Of a stretch of DNA of 64,000 nucleotides, positions 13,369-27,055 are shown one piece after another. Source of the stretch: Octopus sinensis. Its lineage: Eukaryota. The notes beneath the pieces were generated by a model. That model was not told where the DNA came from. It did no database searches and was given only the letters and a program-made list of their open reading frames with translations. The first letter of the stretch is position 1. Every line of letters starts with the position of its first letter. The stretch spans positions 32,488,001 to 32,552,000 of the forward strand of contig NC_043009.1 in assembly GCF_006345805.1 (NCBI RefSeq). Direction: 5' to 3'. The translations under genes were made by a program, and so were the position numbers.

Positions 13369-13939
13369 TCCCGCCGAGCTAAATTAATTTCCACCAAGTA
13401 TGATACCTATGGGTGACATTTTTCTCAAGGTCATATAATTTCAAAATGAATCACCCTGGCTTAAACAACCCTATATCCACTTTTGAATGTTATTAAATAA
13501 CACTTGTTCCAATGTCGAAAGTAGACAGATGTAAAACGGATAAATGATAATATTTCAATATAAGTCTTTTGTAAGTGTTATGCAGAGAAATGCACCTGTG
13601 TAAAAGAAAACGCTGTGAAGTCTGACATGAATGAGAATTGTATAATAATACATTTCGAACATTTACGAAACTCAGGACCAAGTGAGATTCGATTCTTTCA
13701 AGACAATTGTATGAGGGTTATTAAGAGTTTGAAGTCAGTCAATATGAATATATCCCACATTAGTACGGCTTATAGACCAAGTTACAGATTTTGCTACAAT
13801 AACAGTACCACAAATGTAAGAATTCTACCAGCCTGTATGGCACTTCAGACAGAAGTTTGGATGGTTACACATGTATTGTTAAATAGATGATAGTATTGCA
13901 TTAGGTTTCAGCTTCAAGATTAACGGAAATATGTAACTG

Positions 13940-14013
13940 ATATGTGACGTATATTTGCCATTTAAACCCTAAGGGGTTAGCCAAATTTAAATGGCAAATG
14001 TTCGTCACGATAT
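13940..14013. repeat. Short hairpin / mini-MITE relic
   Basis: GTGACGTATATTTGCCATTTAAA ... TTTAAATGGCAAATGTTCGTCAC: 14-bp perfect core, ~23-bp arms with 2 mismatches, 19-nt loop. Confidence 0.8.
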
Positions 14014-15320
14014 GTTGCAGCTACTGTTTATAACTCGCTCTAAGATTTATTATTGTAACTGATATATTTTCCAAAAAAAAGATATATATGCATTCATAGC
14101 ATATACACATGCATACAAACAAACACACGCACATGTGTGTGTGTGTTTGTGTTTGTGTGTGTGTTGAATACACTTACACGTCGAAAAGCAGGTATTACAC
14201 ACCTGAGAATCACTCGTTAACCCATACGAAGAAAAGTGTAATTCTAATTCATCCTAACCTTTATTTGCTTCCGCCTTTTATATGCCTCGTTTATTATATC
14301 ATATATTTTACTTCTCTTTTTACACGTAGATTCCCGAAATATATCATTCCCCTTCTACACAAAAGTATGATTTTGTAATTAGCCTACATAGCTTGATTAC
14401 ATGTAGTGGAGTTTCCCTCTTTCGTTTTCCCTAATCTTCAAATAATCTACCACCGTTTTCCTGCGACGCAAATGTCAGAAGTAGAAATGCTTTTATCACC
14501 TAAATGTACCGCTTCAAAAATGTTCTTATTTTGAAGGAATATGGGATACATCAGACATGAAAACGATGACATCGGTACCGTGGCATAATCTTTATTGGTT
14601 TTTAAGTATAGATATGCTATTCTATATCGTTTTTCGAAGGCATGTAGATATACATGTGTGTGTGTGTGGTGGGGTGTAGTTGAAAGATATGAAAACACAC
14701 ATGTAGACACACGCATAAACGCAGAAAAAAACATGAAGAAAGATTAAAGACTAAAGCAAATATAAATGCTTGTAATTCAAAATAAATCAATTCGTATAAT
14801 CGGGATATACGAAATTCCGTTATGTCCTTGAAGAACATTTCTATGTCTTCTCATAAGATTGCGAACTCTCTTGCAACAGAGAAGAATCTTGAAACCCTTT
14901 CATTTCTTTTTGACAAAAAGCGTAGGGTTCAAAGGGTGTGTTTCTTAAGACGTAGAAGTTTCTATAAAGCCAAAAGCTGAACTGAGAAACTTCAACGGAC
15001 GCAGCAGCAAGGTAACTAATATAAATCCGTTTGCGAAACTCCTTGTTACATTGCAATACTTAATGTAATAATTCCTAACGTTGACTTTGGCCTATCATTC
15101 GAACCCGTTATTGTGTTTTATTATATATTTACCAATATTGTCTTTCCTAATGCTTATGTAATCAAAGTTTAAATTTAGAAATCGAATCCGATCTCCTCTG
15201 GTTTTGAACACCAAAGTTTAATGAAAGTAAAGAAATATTGTCGCACATCCCCTCCATCAATTTACACCAAATACTAGAAAATTTCGGGATCTTGTGCGTA
15301 GAATAGAAAATAATTTTCTA

Positions 15321-15712
15321 CTCTAGGCACAAGTTCCGAACTTTTGGGCGTGGAAGCCAGTGGATTACATCCAGCCCGAGTACGCAACTGGTACCTAATT
15401 TATCGACCCCGAAAGGACGAAAGGCAAATTCGCCCTCAGCGGAAATGGAACTCAGAACATATAGACAGATGAAATACCTATTTCTTTACTACCCACAAGG
15501 GGCTAAACACAGAGGGGACAAACATGGACAGGCATACGGATTAAGTCGATTATATCGACCCCAGTGCGTAACTGGCACTTATTTAATCGACCCGGAAAGG
15601 ATGAAAGGCAAAGTCGACCTCGGCGGAATTTGAACTCAGAACGTAACGGCAGACGAAATACGACTACGCATTTCGCCCGGCGTGCTAACGATTCTGCCAG
15701 CTCACTACCTTC
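15321..15712 (-). mobile_element. Two abutting or nested family A SINEs with different 3' tails
   Basis: 15481-15712 is a full copy with the CCCCTTGTGGGTAGTAAAGAAA tail. 15321-15480 is a headless copy with the ...TTGTGCCTAGAGTAGAAAA tail. Confidence 0.85.
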
Positions 15713-16607
15713 AATTACTAGAAAATTATTCACATAATGGTTGTTGTTTGTTTGCTGCTATTTGCAATTGGATCAGAGGTTTTCAAATCCGCTGTTTTCC
15801 GTGAAGACTATGTTTTCTAAAAGAATTACCTGGTTAAGTATATAAAATATATCACAACAGTTGACACTTGATTTTCTTCTCCAATATTCTCAGTTAAAAT
15901 AAAGTATAATCAATATTAAAGCAGCACTGCAATTGGTTTGCTTCTATTTTGTAATTTCATTCATTTTATATTTTTAATTAAGAAAATAATTAAAAATATG
16001 TTTTCACATTATCTAAAACATCATTTAATTTCATACACTAATTTTGTTTTAAAAAATACTGTAAATCTTATAAATTTCGAGAATATTAAACTTGATTGAT
16101 TAATCGATTGATTAATATCGGTCATTCAAATGTAAATATATCAGATAATGGATCGCATTAAACTAATGCTGCTGTGACCTTCAGCTGATTTTCGTCAGTT
16201 TAAATAATAATTAAAAGTCTATCCTAATTATATGTTCCCATCATCTAGACTGCATTGCTGCAAATTAACAGCTAACATAGAAAACACTTTAGTGTTGCAA
16301 CAGCTTCAACCAAGGTTGAGCCCAAGTCCTCCAGGGAAGATGACTTCGTCAGTAATCTTAGATACTTCTTTAAAAAGTTTATACAACTGTTGCAATATTG
16401 GATAAAAGTAATCGAAGAATTATTCCATTTAATCGTATCTAGTAATTAAGTTGGTACTAATTTCATACCTGTCCTAAGTTATAACTTTAAGATGAAGCAA
16501 ACTACGCGATGCTCTCCTTCGAATATATATAATGATTTTGAACCAACGCTGATTATATATATATATATATATTGAGAGAGAGAGGGAGAGAAAGAGAGGA
16601 TAAATAA

Positions 16608-16639
<32 letters not shown>

Positions 16640-16668
16640 AATACTTATATAGATACACATCATGAGGA

Positions 16669-16740
<72 letters not shown>

Positions 16741-16742
<2 letters not shown>

Positions 16743-17175
16743 TAGCAGTATAACCCGGTTTGTTTTTTAGTTGCGCTCAAAACGGCAGACTTTGATGTCG
16801 CTTTAACAAAGTTTTGAAATAGTTTCAATCTTTTTTGAAAAGTAAAACTTTTGCATTATGTAGCTTGTTATTCTCTTTAAGTGAACATTTTTCTGGTTGA
16901 AATACACCGAAAAATGGCGACACAAAAGTAAAAAAATCGTAAAAAATAGGAATTTTCATACAAAAAAGCACCTTTTTGATGTAAATAATTTGTGGTCTTA
17001 ACCTTGTCCGATTTGAATTTTTGCTTCTACGAAATAAAGAACAAGCCTTCTTCTATCATACTCTCAATTTTGGTCAACTTGTGCCGCAGGGTCTCGGAGG
17101 AGATAGTGTTGGTTTGAGGCTACCTAACCTGCCACACGCACACAGACAACTTCAGCTTTATATGTATATATTGAT
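16741..17175 (+). mobile_element. Non-autonomous Helitron/HINE-like element
   Basis: Starts ACTAGCAGTATAACCCGG after (TA)n and ends CACACAGACAACTTCAGCTTTATATGTATA, matching the ACTAG...CCCGG / CAGAC...TTTATATATA architecture of Lep1/HINE-type elements. Confidence 0.55.
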
Positions 17176-17562
17176 CATATCGATCATTTTTTTCTGACTT
17201 TGCTCGCATTGATGACATAGATATATCAGTTTATAAAACATCGTAAGTTGCAGGGCTGCTGACTCTGAATTCAAACAGAAATCTATGCAGGTGAATATAA
17301 AGTAACGTGTGTACAGGTATATTTCAAGTGTTATTGCTCTTCCAGATTACCCGCAACGTAAATTGATCCATCCGGTTGTGTTACTCCTTTAAATTTAGTG
17401 ACTATTTAAGGAACATGTTCGCAGACAATCGCTGGATTGGACGTTGTGTCAATGACAGAGCAACAGTTCTTGAAATATACTTTACACTCGTTACCTATTT
17501 TCAATCTTCAATTGCATAGTTTAGATAGACATATTCGTATACGAAATGTGATGACTTCTAGT

Positions 17563-17788
17563 GTTTTTTTGTTTTTTGTTTTTCCAGTTTCAGCTCTTGA
17601 GCTGTGGCCATGCTGGGGCACCGCCATTGTGGTGAAAGAGTACAGCAGGGATCACCACCCCCTGCCGGAGCCTCGTAGAGCTTTTAGGTGTTTTCGCTCA
17701 ATAAACACACACAACGCCCGGTCTGAGAATCGAAACCGCGATCCTGCGACCGCGATTCCGCTGCCCTAACCACTAGGCCATTGCGCCT
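17563..17788 (-). mobile_element. tRNA-derived SINE family C with a CR1/L2-like LINE tail
   Basis: Head GGCGCAATGGCCTAGTGGTTAGGG...GGTTTCGATTC (A and B boxes). Tail TGGCGGTGCCCCAGCATGGCCACAGCTCAAGAGCTGAAACT plus an A-rich end. Confidence 0.85.
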
Positions 17789-18136
17789 CTGTTGTCTTGA
17801 AATCGTATAGAAAATCTATAGAGGTAAACCTAAAGTAAAAATATCGCACTGCTAACACAAAGTAGGTCACAAGTATTGAGTTAAAATCCTATAATATGCT
17901 TGGTAGTATAGTATGGTTGCAAAACAAAATACTGGGTCCTTCCCACAATGACCATCATTTTTAACTTGTTTCATATATGCCACTCTGTCTAGAAACCTGT
18001 TTATCTGGCGCCCAATATAGAACTGTGATGAACAATAACTTGGGACCGTACCGAAAGATTTCATAGTGCTTCCTTAAGCTTAGTAATATTGTTAGCCTAG
18101 AGTGCCAACAGAGGACTTATGAAGTATTTTGCCTGG

Positions 18137-18358
18137 ATTCTTTTCTACATTATGCATAAGGCCCGAAATTTTGGGGGAGGGTTGGGGACAGTCGATTAGA
18201 TCGACCTCAGTACGCAGCTGGAACTTAATTTATCGACCCCGAAGGAATGAAAGGCAAAGTTGACCTCGGCGGAATTTGAACTCAGAACGTAATAACAGAC
18301 GAAGTACCGCTAAGCATTTCACCTGACGTGCTAAAGATTCTGCCAACTCGCCGCCTTA
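18137..18358 (-). mobile_element. tRNA-SINE family A, full length
   Basis: Reverse complement of AAGGCGGCGAGTTGGCAGAATC...GTTCTGAGTTCAAATTCCGCCGAGGTCAACTTTGCCTTTCATTCC... Confidence 0.9.
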
Positions 18359-18719
18359 AAAACATTTACTTCTATTGAAGCAAGTATTGTCAAGGCTACA
18401 CTTATCCTTTGAATTTCCAATAAAACTGAAGCATGTACAATATTCACCTAAGTGCGATGCTTTTTTTCTCTCAACACAAATTCGATCATACTTTAGCTTT
18501 TTAATGCGTAAAACATTAAATATACTTTTATCATGCAGATGACATCTGACACTTAATTAAATACATTAGAGTAATTTGTCTGCTTTCTTTATAGCTTGAA
18601 GTAATTTTCTTTTATTTCTCAGCAATGTACACTAAAATCGATTCCATGAGATGAAAAAAACCAGAAAATAAAACAATCATATGACTTCTTTATTTGAGAA
18701 TCTGGGTTTCATGTTCGAA

Positions 18720-18790
18720 CCACTACGCAGTTCTTTGAGGTAACGACTTCTGCCATAGACTTGGGTAAACAAGAGCCTTGTGAGTGACGT
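18720..18790 (+). mobile_element. Highly decayed family B SINE fragment
   Basis: CCACTACGCAGTTCTTTGAGGTAACGACTTCTGCCATAGACTTGGGTAAACAAGAGCCTTGTGAGTG aligns to CCACTGCGTGACACCTTGGGCAAGTGTCTTCTACTATAGCCTCG...AAAGCCTTGTGAGTG. Confidence 0.55.
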
Positions 18791-19642
18791 TTATGATAAT
18801 AAATCTGTAACAGGAGCTATTAGCATTATATATTGGGTGAGGAAGTAATAGACCTAATCCTGCATAAAGACGAACACCTAACCCTTGTATTACTGTACCA
18901 GAGTCCACCCTACTGCAAACAAATAAATCTAAGTATAATGATTCCAAGAAATAAATACGTGACATGTTAGCAAGATATTTTATGAGCAGTGGGGAATGCT
19001 TAACGTAGTTACAGAGATACATAAGCCGAATGAATACCCTTTCATATCTTTGCAGAAGAAAGTTGATCTACATCAGCAGAAGTAGCGAGTTTACCTTATA
19101 AAGCCACTAAGTCTATGAGATTTCAGGGACTTCGTCAGCACTGAACATCACACAGAAGCAATTTCTTTTCTTTTACTTTCAGGCATTATGTTTTCGTTTT
19201 TGTTTTATTTCCTTTCTGAGCTGTTCATATTTGTCCACAACTTGTTTGGCTATAAACCAATGAAAATGGAAATTAGCGAAGAATGAATACGATGAGCAAT
19301 AATTTGCAAAACACCGTAAAGGAAAATCCCAATTGCCTCACTCTTATTGTGTATCCTGTCTCAGAAAAAGGATCTGTGTCTTTCTAATCCAAGGACAAAT
19401 GCATTATCAGCATTATTGCAGGCAGCAGCATCATAACAGCACCATAACAACAACAGTATATTTGCTATAAACGTTATGAAGTGATAATAAAATTATCTGG
19501 GTATAATTTCCTTCTAAGAATAATTTTTAAAACACATTACAAATGACAAAATGAACCTTAAATTTACAGCCTCGCCACTACCATACCACATTTACAACTA
19601 CAGCTTCAACAACTAATACTAACACCATTAATAATAACTATA

Positions 19643-19870
19643 GTAAGGCGGTGAGATGTAAAAAATCATTAGCATACCGGACGAAATACTTTGTAGCGCT
19701 TATTCTTACTCTTTAAGTTCTGAGTTCAAATTCCGTCGAGTTCGATTTTGCCTTTCATCTCTTTCGGAGTATTTAAAATACGTATCAGTTGCGCACTGGG
19801 ATAGATGATATTGACAATCATTTCCTTCACTAAAATCTCCATCCTTTGTACCTTTAATGGAAACCATTAT
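19643..19870 (+). mobile_element. tRNA-SINE family A, diverged
   Basis: AAGGCGGTGAG...GTTCTGAGTTCAAATTCCGTCGAG...TTTGCCTTTCATCTCTTTCGG. Confidence 0.8.
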
Positions 19871-21999
19871 GAATAACTATACAACACTCCAGCTTCAACA
19901 TTACTCTCTTTCTTAATCCCACCCAGCGCATTTCATACCGCTACCACAATTATAAGTATTGATAGGTATGTATGGAGTTCAGAGCAATTTGGTCGAACGC
20001 TTAAAAAGGTCTCTTTCCAGCTACAAGGTCCCGAGTCCAATCCGCATCGGTGTGCATCTTTATAATTTTATTTGCTGTGATAGTCTGTACAGTGACTGAA
20101 TAGTTCTATCTCTACAGAAATGTAATTGCTTTAAACCTATCCCGACGTTATACTATTCACATCAACGCTCGATACTCTATACGTGAAGCATTGTTCTCAG
20201 CTCTTATAGGTTTTCGTATCATTAGCTCTGGTTGACTCATTTATTACATGATTTAACTTAAACATAACAGTTCTGTCATTTCCATTCAGCTGATTAAACT
20301 GTTCGTTGTTTTCAGATCAATACTCTTAATCCATTCAAAAAGTAAAGGATTAGAAGTATACCTTTTTTTCTGCTTCCAAGTTAATCCATCAGATATCCTA
20401 CCACATCTTTTTGAGCGTGATAACGTCGTTTGTCTGATTTACTGTACATCCTCCAAATCCTGGCGGTTCCTCTCCTGGATGTTGAGAAAGCTTTCTTGTG
20501 TGTTTTTAAAGAAGCTAATATTCTCTAGTTTGTATTTTAATTTTAGTCGTATTATCTAATCATTCTAATCGTGATGGATCAACAGAATCAATTCAGATAA
20601 ATGGAACATTAAATAGAAAACATTAATTTATTAACATACACAAACAACTACTTAAATATAATCGATAAATTCACAAATATGCCCCTTCTCTTTCACAAAT
20701 CAACAAGTTATTCGTCATATGCACTGCTTAAAGCTTTGTGTTTATTAGAATTAAGTTATAGTTTGAACACCATGACTCTATTTATTTCATTTTTAATATT
20801 GCTTGAACAAACATTTTCTAAGCGTACTTTTTTAACAAAAGGGATATGTACCCATTATGTTTCGAACGTCACTGCATAATAGGACCTGGTTGTTTTCTTT
20901 TTCTTCTAAAACTACTAATTATTTATAAAGCTCTAATAGATTGTCTTTTATTTTGAAATATTGTACGCAGTTTTGTATGAGTGTACAGACGATTGTGTGT
21001 ATATGCATAAACATGAGCGCGCGCATGTGTGTGTGCGTTTGTAATTTGCTTTTGTAGTTTCTTTAATAAGTTTGCCCAAGTTAATTAACTTCGACAAGCA
21101 ACTAATATTGAGAGATATCTGATAAAATCCCAAGAGTTTTTAATGAGTTAAAACAAAGTAAACTCAGAGGGAAATAGCTTAAACTTTGACCGAAAACACT
21201 GAGATAAAGATAGAAAAATTCAGTATGGGGAAGTAGAAAAACAAATGAACGCTTCTAATATGAAACAGAAAATACTACAGAAAATATGGCAGAAAGTATT
21301 GGATTCTGATGAAAAAGAAAATTGTGCGCGTCTTATATTTTTCAAAGGCAGAATATTTTTAATGAAACTGTGCAATTAATTCGATATTAATTAACTCCGA
21401 TCATGCAACAAGAAGACATTTGAAGCAGCGATTTCACTCATCAATAATGTTTGGAGAGTCATTTAAACAGGAACATTTTAGGTTTCTAAAAGCACACTTT
21501 TCATAACTACAGAGGAAAGGCGAGGCTGTAACTTTCTTTTATGTACAAACTCTAATCAACTCTCGTCCAATATTAATACTGTAGTGGCTGATGTGGTAAG
21601 GTTAGTTATTTAATTATTTTTAACTAATTAAGTTTCACTACTTATCTTCAGTTTAGTGGATCAGAGAAATGATTATATCCGACATGATTTACTATCAACT
21701 TCATTTTATGTTCAACATAGACTACACTTACTTCCAATTATGCACAAAGTATTCCCCTTTGTTTTACTGTTCAAAACAAAACAAGTAAATATGGCTGAGG
21801 TTTCTTATTTGTTGTGCCATATGTAATTGTGTTTGAGTTTCTGACTAGGTAAAGCATATCGTTCATATATCTGTAACGGAGTGCAACACAGTGAAATGGG
21901 TATAAGCACATTAACATAGACTTTATGATGAAAGAAAATACAGTTTGCTGTATTTAAGACTTATGGTTATTTATCTGATAGGAGACTTAGTTTTTAACG

Positions 22000-22530
22000 A
22001 AGAGAAAATAAAAAAAAAAACAAAGAACAACAAGATGAAGACTAAAAGGAACAAGGATAAGAAAAAGAAGACGACAAAAGGGAGACGATGGAAAAGGAGG
22101 AGGGGAAGAAGAAGAAGAAGAAGAAGAAGAAGAAGAAGGAGGAGGAGGAGGAGGAGGAGGAGGAGAAGAAGAAGAAGAAGAAGAAGAAGGAGAAGAAGAA
22201 GAAGAAGAAGAAGGAGAGGAAGGAGGGTGCGACGGGTGGCATCAGAAATGAAAAAAGATAAAAAATTAAGGAGAAAGAAAAAAACGAAGGAAAAGAAGAA
22301 GGATGAGAAGACGACGAAAATGAGGAAAACGATGAAGCTGTTCCCACCGATGCTGCTGCTGAGGGTAATAATGATGATGAGGAAGATGGGAATAATGACA
22401 ATGCTGTGGTAACGAAAATGGTGGGTCTGGTAACGACGACAATTATGATGATGATGATGATAATGACGACGATGATGATGATTGTGATATTGTTGTTGTG
22501 GTGGTGGTGTTGGTGGAGGATGATGTGGGA
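22000..22530. repeat. Compound purine-rich trinucleotide array (GAA/GGA/GAT/GGT)
   Basis: Long (GAA)n and (GGA)n runs followed by (GAT)n. These produce the poly-R and poly-L ORFs. Confidence 0.95.
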
Positions 22531-23002
22531 ATGAGTGCATCGACTGCATTAACGTGGCTGCAATGTGTGATAAGTGTATTTTTTATCAAGCAATATATCC
22601 TGTTCTGTATAAACGTAAACTTCAAACAGCATTCCCTACTCCTGAGATAAGAATCGCTTAGAAAAGCAAAATTAATCACGTTGTAACAGCTGTTATTGCA
22701 TAGTGTCAGTTAATTTTGCTAGAGATCTGTAGAACAAGGGACAGTAATTAAATGTCTAATATATTAAAACCTGCCGCAGTGGGTACTCGATGCTAATGTG
22801 TGTGTGTATGTGTGTGTGAAAGCTTTTAAGCTCTAATAGTTGATATTCTGCACAGTAGTTGAGCAGTACACATTTTCTTTCGGCGCTATATATCATTCCA
22901 TTTATTTTGCTTTGTACACTGTTCCATTAACGTGTTCATCCATAATGGAAGGCTTGGTGTGTTATTTTACAAATTTGCATATTTCCGTATGACTGCTAAT
23001 GC

Positions 23003-23055
23003 AATTATTATTATTATTATTACTATTATTATTACTATTATTATTATTACTATTA

Positions 23056-23108
<53 letters not shown>
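23003..23108. repeat. (TTA)n microsatellite
   Basis: Direct reading, with occasional CTA interruptions. Confidence 0.95.
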
Positions 23109-24279
23109 GGTCTTTTTTTTTTTGGCAGCAGATTGCGTACTATTTATGTTGTCCCTCATCTGCTAGGTGGATGTGAACACGAAGTTCATTCAAAAAATGT
23201 GTTGATAGAATTGCTATTTGAAGCGATTTACCTATCGCTTATCATGCTGGTAGTGTCTCAAAATGATGAAATTTCTATATAAAAAACATAATCTGGAACA
23301 CAGGCAAATATACGCTTCTTCCTTATGTATTGAGTTCTTCGTTCACTTTCACTTCAACAATATTTAGTTTGACCACAAATCTACGATGAAGCTGGCTAAA
23401 TACAAGCTTTCTCTAGAATTGTCTCTTCTATTTGCCAAAGAAATGAACAAAACAGCATTCGTCATCATACTTAAATAATATATTGTGCTTTTACTATCAC
23501 AGTTTTATTCGATTGTTTATTTTTCTACATACATTTATTTCCCAAAGTATCTGAACGTAAACATCAACATTTTATTTGGAGCATCATTCCAATCACCAGA
23601 GTTGTGCCGCTTCAGCGTTCTTTTTATTAAAGGGGATGATTGCAAATTTATCGTAACGGTTGAACCAATGGCTAGTCAGACTATTCAGTGAAGAAATCTC
23701 TACAGTAAGTTGACTTAAAGTTTATTTATCCTTCGTAGATATTTTACGAGAAGTTGCGAGGTACAACCCAATTGCTGAGAGATACTTATGTCACAGGTCA
23801 CGGTCTTCTCACAAAACATGAGAAGTGAGAGTATGTATATACATGGATATATATAAATATATATATGGGGTGGGTGTATATATATATATATATATATTAT
23901 ATTTATGCAGAGGAAGGTAAGTAGGTAGGTAGGTAGGTAGGATGTAGGTAGGTAGGTAGGTAGGTAGGTAGGTAGGTGCTGAAATCCCACGCCAAGCTGC
24001 ATTAGACGTTGAATGCAAATATCGGAGCGGGTGCCAAAGGATATTTCGTCAGATGCTCTAAACTTTTTTCCAGCAATGTAACGTTTGTGTCATATACTTT
24101 ATTTATTGACGGGAATGTATAAAATACAGAGATGGAGTGATACCCAAAGCTCATAGATACGTAACAAATGCCAAATATTGCAAGTTTATCTCTGTTAGGA
24201 ATTAAAGTTTTCTTAAGACAAGAATTAAATGTCAAAAAAGACCAGGCTGCTGTAGTAACGTATATTTGTACCAGATGAA

Positions 24280-24343
<64 letters not shown>

Positions 24344-24707
24344 GATGAATATGGTACTTAAGTTAAAGGCACCAGAATTTCGTATGGCATTATCCATATA
24401 AATCTAATGGGGTGATTATAATCAAAATAATGTAGTACTTACAGTGTTTAATAAAATGAAGTAACATGAAACAATTGTACTACACTACATTGGATATCTT
24501 TGTTGCTTATTTTGATTATATATATATATATATATTGGTAAAAACGGTAAAATAACAAAAGAAAGAAAGAGACCTCAATATTATGTAAATAGAGGAAATT
24601 ATCTGTAAAATAATATGTGACAATTATTTTACAGATATATATATATATATACATTATATATATACATATATAGATATACTCTATATATACACACACACAT
24701 ATATATA

Positions 24708-24757
<50 letters not shown>

Positions 24758-26981
24758 GTATATATGTATATATATATATGCATCTATACACACACACACG
24801 CATATATATATATATATACATACACACAAACACGCGCACACATATGTAGTTACTTCTTTTCGAACACGTGTCCATCGCCATCCATACCGTCTGCAAAATA
24901 TAGATATGTGGAAAGTGTGTTTTATTTTTCCATTTCTCTTTATAGTGCTTCATTGAAATGTAACCTAAAATTGACATGAGATGAAAATTCACAAAAGCCT
25001 ATCAGTAAACCTGGTAAGAATTGAACTGAAATGGTCAGTAGGTAAAAAGGATCAACATGGAAGTTGTTGGTAAAGTAATTCCACTCCATTCACTGCGGTT
25101 CTACTATTGATCTTTACTACATGGTTTTCTTTTCACTGAGCATAGCCCCCTGATTTTCAGGTTACAATATCTCATTCAGTCATTTTTCAGTGATTATGAT
25201 GGATGTTACAACTCCGCGTTTACACCATTTGTCTTGGAATCGAGCGCGCGCATACATACATGCAATCATACATACATACATACATACATACATACATACA
25301 TACATACATACATACATACATGCATATATACATACATACATAGATATTTCCGGATCGTGCCGACGATTTAATGATCCCCACGTTTTTTATATACAACACT
25401 GCACAGGCATAGAGACATATATCTCTTTCACGAACAAAGTCCTTTGTTAGCATACAAGCGATGTTGGTCTCATGGAGTTGCTTTTCGCAAGGACTCGACA
25501 TAAGGAGGACCCAGAGTGGGCCAAATGCAAACATTTTGTTTTGAACAATAAATTTATGCAAAAACTCCATTGTTCGACACATTGGTCACTAAATGAATTC
25601 CGTTTCTTTTTTCATACATAACCAAAAGTTCTGCCAATAACAGCAGACGTCCATTTGAAGCTTAAGATATTTACTAATTGTATCATATTACAGCAGAGAC
25701 AATATTTTTATAAATCAGCAGTAATGTTCGTAGAAATCTAATGTTTGGTAAAGAAATAATATTTTATATAATCAGAAGGTATGGTGCTTAATAAACAACA
25801 TTAAACATTACATATTGGTAGGAAAGGAAATTATGAAACGAAAATTAAATCTGTTGAAATAATTTTGCCTAGACATCGTAGTAATGCAACAACTGTAATT
25901 CATTAATGAACTCTTCCAAATCCCCCAATGAAACAAAGCAACAATTAATGGCATATTCTTCTTTCATAATAATATTGAATTACAATTGATGTGACATTTT
26001 GTTTTCCGATTAATTCCAAAGGAGTGTGTTTCTTTATCTTTCGAACAATACTCATAGTTCTAGAGAATAACCTTAGTGACAATACAACAGAATTATATAT
26101 AATTTAATATTTCATGGGTTTTAGCAATGCAAAATTGTTATTAACAAAATAGTCTCCAATTTGAATTGATTTAATATACAGTGATTGAATTTCAATTCAT
26201 TGAAAAGCGTTGCTAATGAATGAAAGTCTCTTCTTATTCTTTAAGGATTGCTTCTATTATCTCCTAATCAGTGGCTCTTCTCTTTTTGGTTTTGTTTTAT
26301 AATTTTTCTTATCTTTTTCTTGATTTATTTCTAATCATATTTGTTTGGCCGAAACCAAAAATATTAATTTTGAATAACTCCATAATGAATATTCGAGTAA
26401 CTTCAGATAAAACTCAGATTAAAATGATGTAATATGTTGCCAAACCGAACCAAAGCTTATTCCTTTCCTACTGAATAAGTTATTACATGTTAATTGATAT
26501 TATTATACCCTGATAATTCCATATATCTTTACATGCCAAACTGATACTGATCAAATGAGGAAGTTCCTTTATAATTGCTCAAACTTCTTGAAACAATAGC
26601 AAAATTTCCTTCAAATTACTCCCTTGCATCGTACATAAAGAGCGGACACAGTAGATAACGTCATTTTGTATAACACATAAAATGCTGACTGTTATAGCTT
26701 GGGACCCTCTGCCTGCTTCATAATATATGACTCGGAGCTGAACAACAATAACATATATATTACAATATATTTTCTGAGTGCGCAACAATACTCTATCTAC
26801 CATTAGTAACGAATTTAAATGTGTGTTATTTTTTAAATCTATGACGATACTTTACATTGCTGCAAGGTCACCGTTTATTGGGGAGGGTTGAATGAAGTGG
26901 AACGATACCAACAAACATTACCTACTGTATATATTATTGATGTTATTGTTGCTCATCTGGTTCTTTCTGTTCTTCTATCAA

Positions 26982-27055
26982 CATCATCATCATCATCATC
27001 ATCATCATCACCACCATCATCATCATCATCATCGTCATCATCAACATCATCATAA
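26982..27055. repeat. (CAT)n microsatellite
   Basis: Direct reading. Explains the poly-His ORF. Confidence 0.95.

Noticed and set aside
16270-16410. Open frames on both strands with splice-like ends
   Set aside because: Ambiguous strand and frame, and no motif.
17346-17357. 12-nt microexon candidate (CTCTTCCAG|ATTACCCGCAAC|GTAAAT)
   Set aside because: Such matches are expected by chance in 64 kb, and it cannot be linked to a gene.
18723-19022. 99-aa minus-strand ORF that looked protein-like
   Set aside because: Its distal part is the antisense of a decayed family B SINE, and there is no recognisable domain.
21945-22549. Long poly-R, poly-L and poly-S/F ORFs
   Set aside because: Read-through of (GAA)n, (GGA)n and (GAT)n repeats with no complex coding sequence.
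25451-25621. Open frame SDVGLMELLFARTRHKEDPEWAKCKHF after a TTGTTAG acceptor
   Set aside because: No recognisable family and no strong donor; the opposite strand is also open, so the call cannot be supported.
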